Shown piece after piece: positions 63,138 to 63,851 of a stretch of 63,851 bases of DNA (positions within the stretch are counted from its first letter, which is position 1; every line of letters starts with the position of its first letter). The notes beneath the pieces are model-generated. The model ran no database searches, was not told the DNA's origin, and saw only the letters and a list, made by a program, of their open reading frames with translations. A program made the position numbers and the translations under genes. Source of the DNA: Perna viridis (taxonomy: Eukaryota); assembly GCA_037379345.1 (NCBI GenBank), contig CM074516.1:25048001-25111851 (forward strand), in the 5' to 3' direction.

Positions 63138-63392
63138 GTCAAGGGAGCTGTTGCTCAAATTTCTGTCCCGCGGAAACTACAAAAGTTCTGCCGAAAGTGG
63201 TTGAACACTACAAAGCTGTCCGTTCACGCATTGGTCCCTGTGCTATCCAGTAACTTCATGGCAACACCCGCGCACAAGTCTGCCATTGTTACAGAATATC
63301 AAAGGTGCACACTATTAAACATTTGCCACATCCAGCATTCAGTCCAGATCTAGCACCCTGTAACTTTTGGCTAAATCCATTTATCAAGGAAA
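63138..63392 (+). mobile_element. Mariner transposase fragment (decayed)
   Basis: LHGN..AHKS and LPHPAFSPDLAPCNFWL (cf. HDNA.PH and HPPYSPDLAPSDF). Confidence 0.8.
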
Positions 63393-63419
63393 GAAATACT
63401 AATGAAATAAAGATTAATC

Positions 63420-63641
63420 AATAAACCGGACTACACTGAAAACTGAAAGGATAGTCCAGGTTCACCGGTGGTGTATGCGTCTGTTTTCTAGAAACGTATG
63501 AGTTGTGACTTGAAACTTAATATCCACAACATAACAATATAAAGACTGGTGACAACGGTGACGCAAACTGGCTCATGATGTCAAGACCCGGGATATGTCC
63601 TTTACGCATTAAATGAGATCCGAGGAGTAATTCCGGGTCTA
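63420..63641 (-). repeat. Diverged repeat shared with 33385-33656
   Basis: Colinear blocks; includes ttctagaaaacagacgcatac.ccaccggtgaacctgg. Confidence 0.65.
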
Positions 63642-63851
63642 CGGGAAGATCCTATAATTTTCCTATTGAATTCAGCAAATTTAAATCTCAGATAATTATT
63701 TTGATTCGTCCGTATTTGGTCCAAACATCCCTTTGACGTATCTTTTCTTGTTGTATCAAGTAGAACATACAGATTCAAAAATCATTTGGCATTGTTTTCT
63801 ACACAAAGATAGCATATTATTATGGATTAAAATACTGTACCGTTTCTTCTG

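Overview
AT-rich eukaryotic genomic DNA with GT-AG introns. The repeat families suggest a bivalve mollusc, probably a mytilid mussel (inference, not verified). Bases ~843-28861 (+) hold a ~41-exon adenylate kinase 9 (AK9) gene with four P-loop AK modules, YHS-like repeats and a long acidic insert built from frame-symmetric microexons; its introns carry several MITE and foldback insertions. The remainder (30-64 kb) is repeat-rich accessory sequence. It contains a decayed Penelope-like retroelement with an N-terminal GIY-YIG endonuclease (Naiad-type, 35129-37864, -), about 10 dispersed copies of that family's structured 3' end, a decayed RT-then-endonuclease (Neptune/Penelope-type) fragment, and a minimal type I hammerhead ribozyme. 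A ~450-bp element with terminal direct repeats and an internal tRNA-Leu-like segment occurs three times, one copy inside an AK9 intron. There are also LINE, SINE and mariner fragments, two Ig-domain exons (one disabled), and a head-to-tail ~7-kb tandem duplication carrying a divergent intronless otopetrin-like proton channel gene plus its deleted pseudogene copy. All calls come from reading the sequence by eye; no searches were run.
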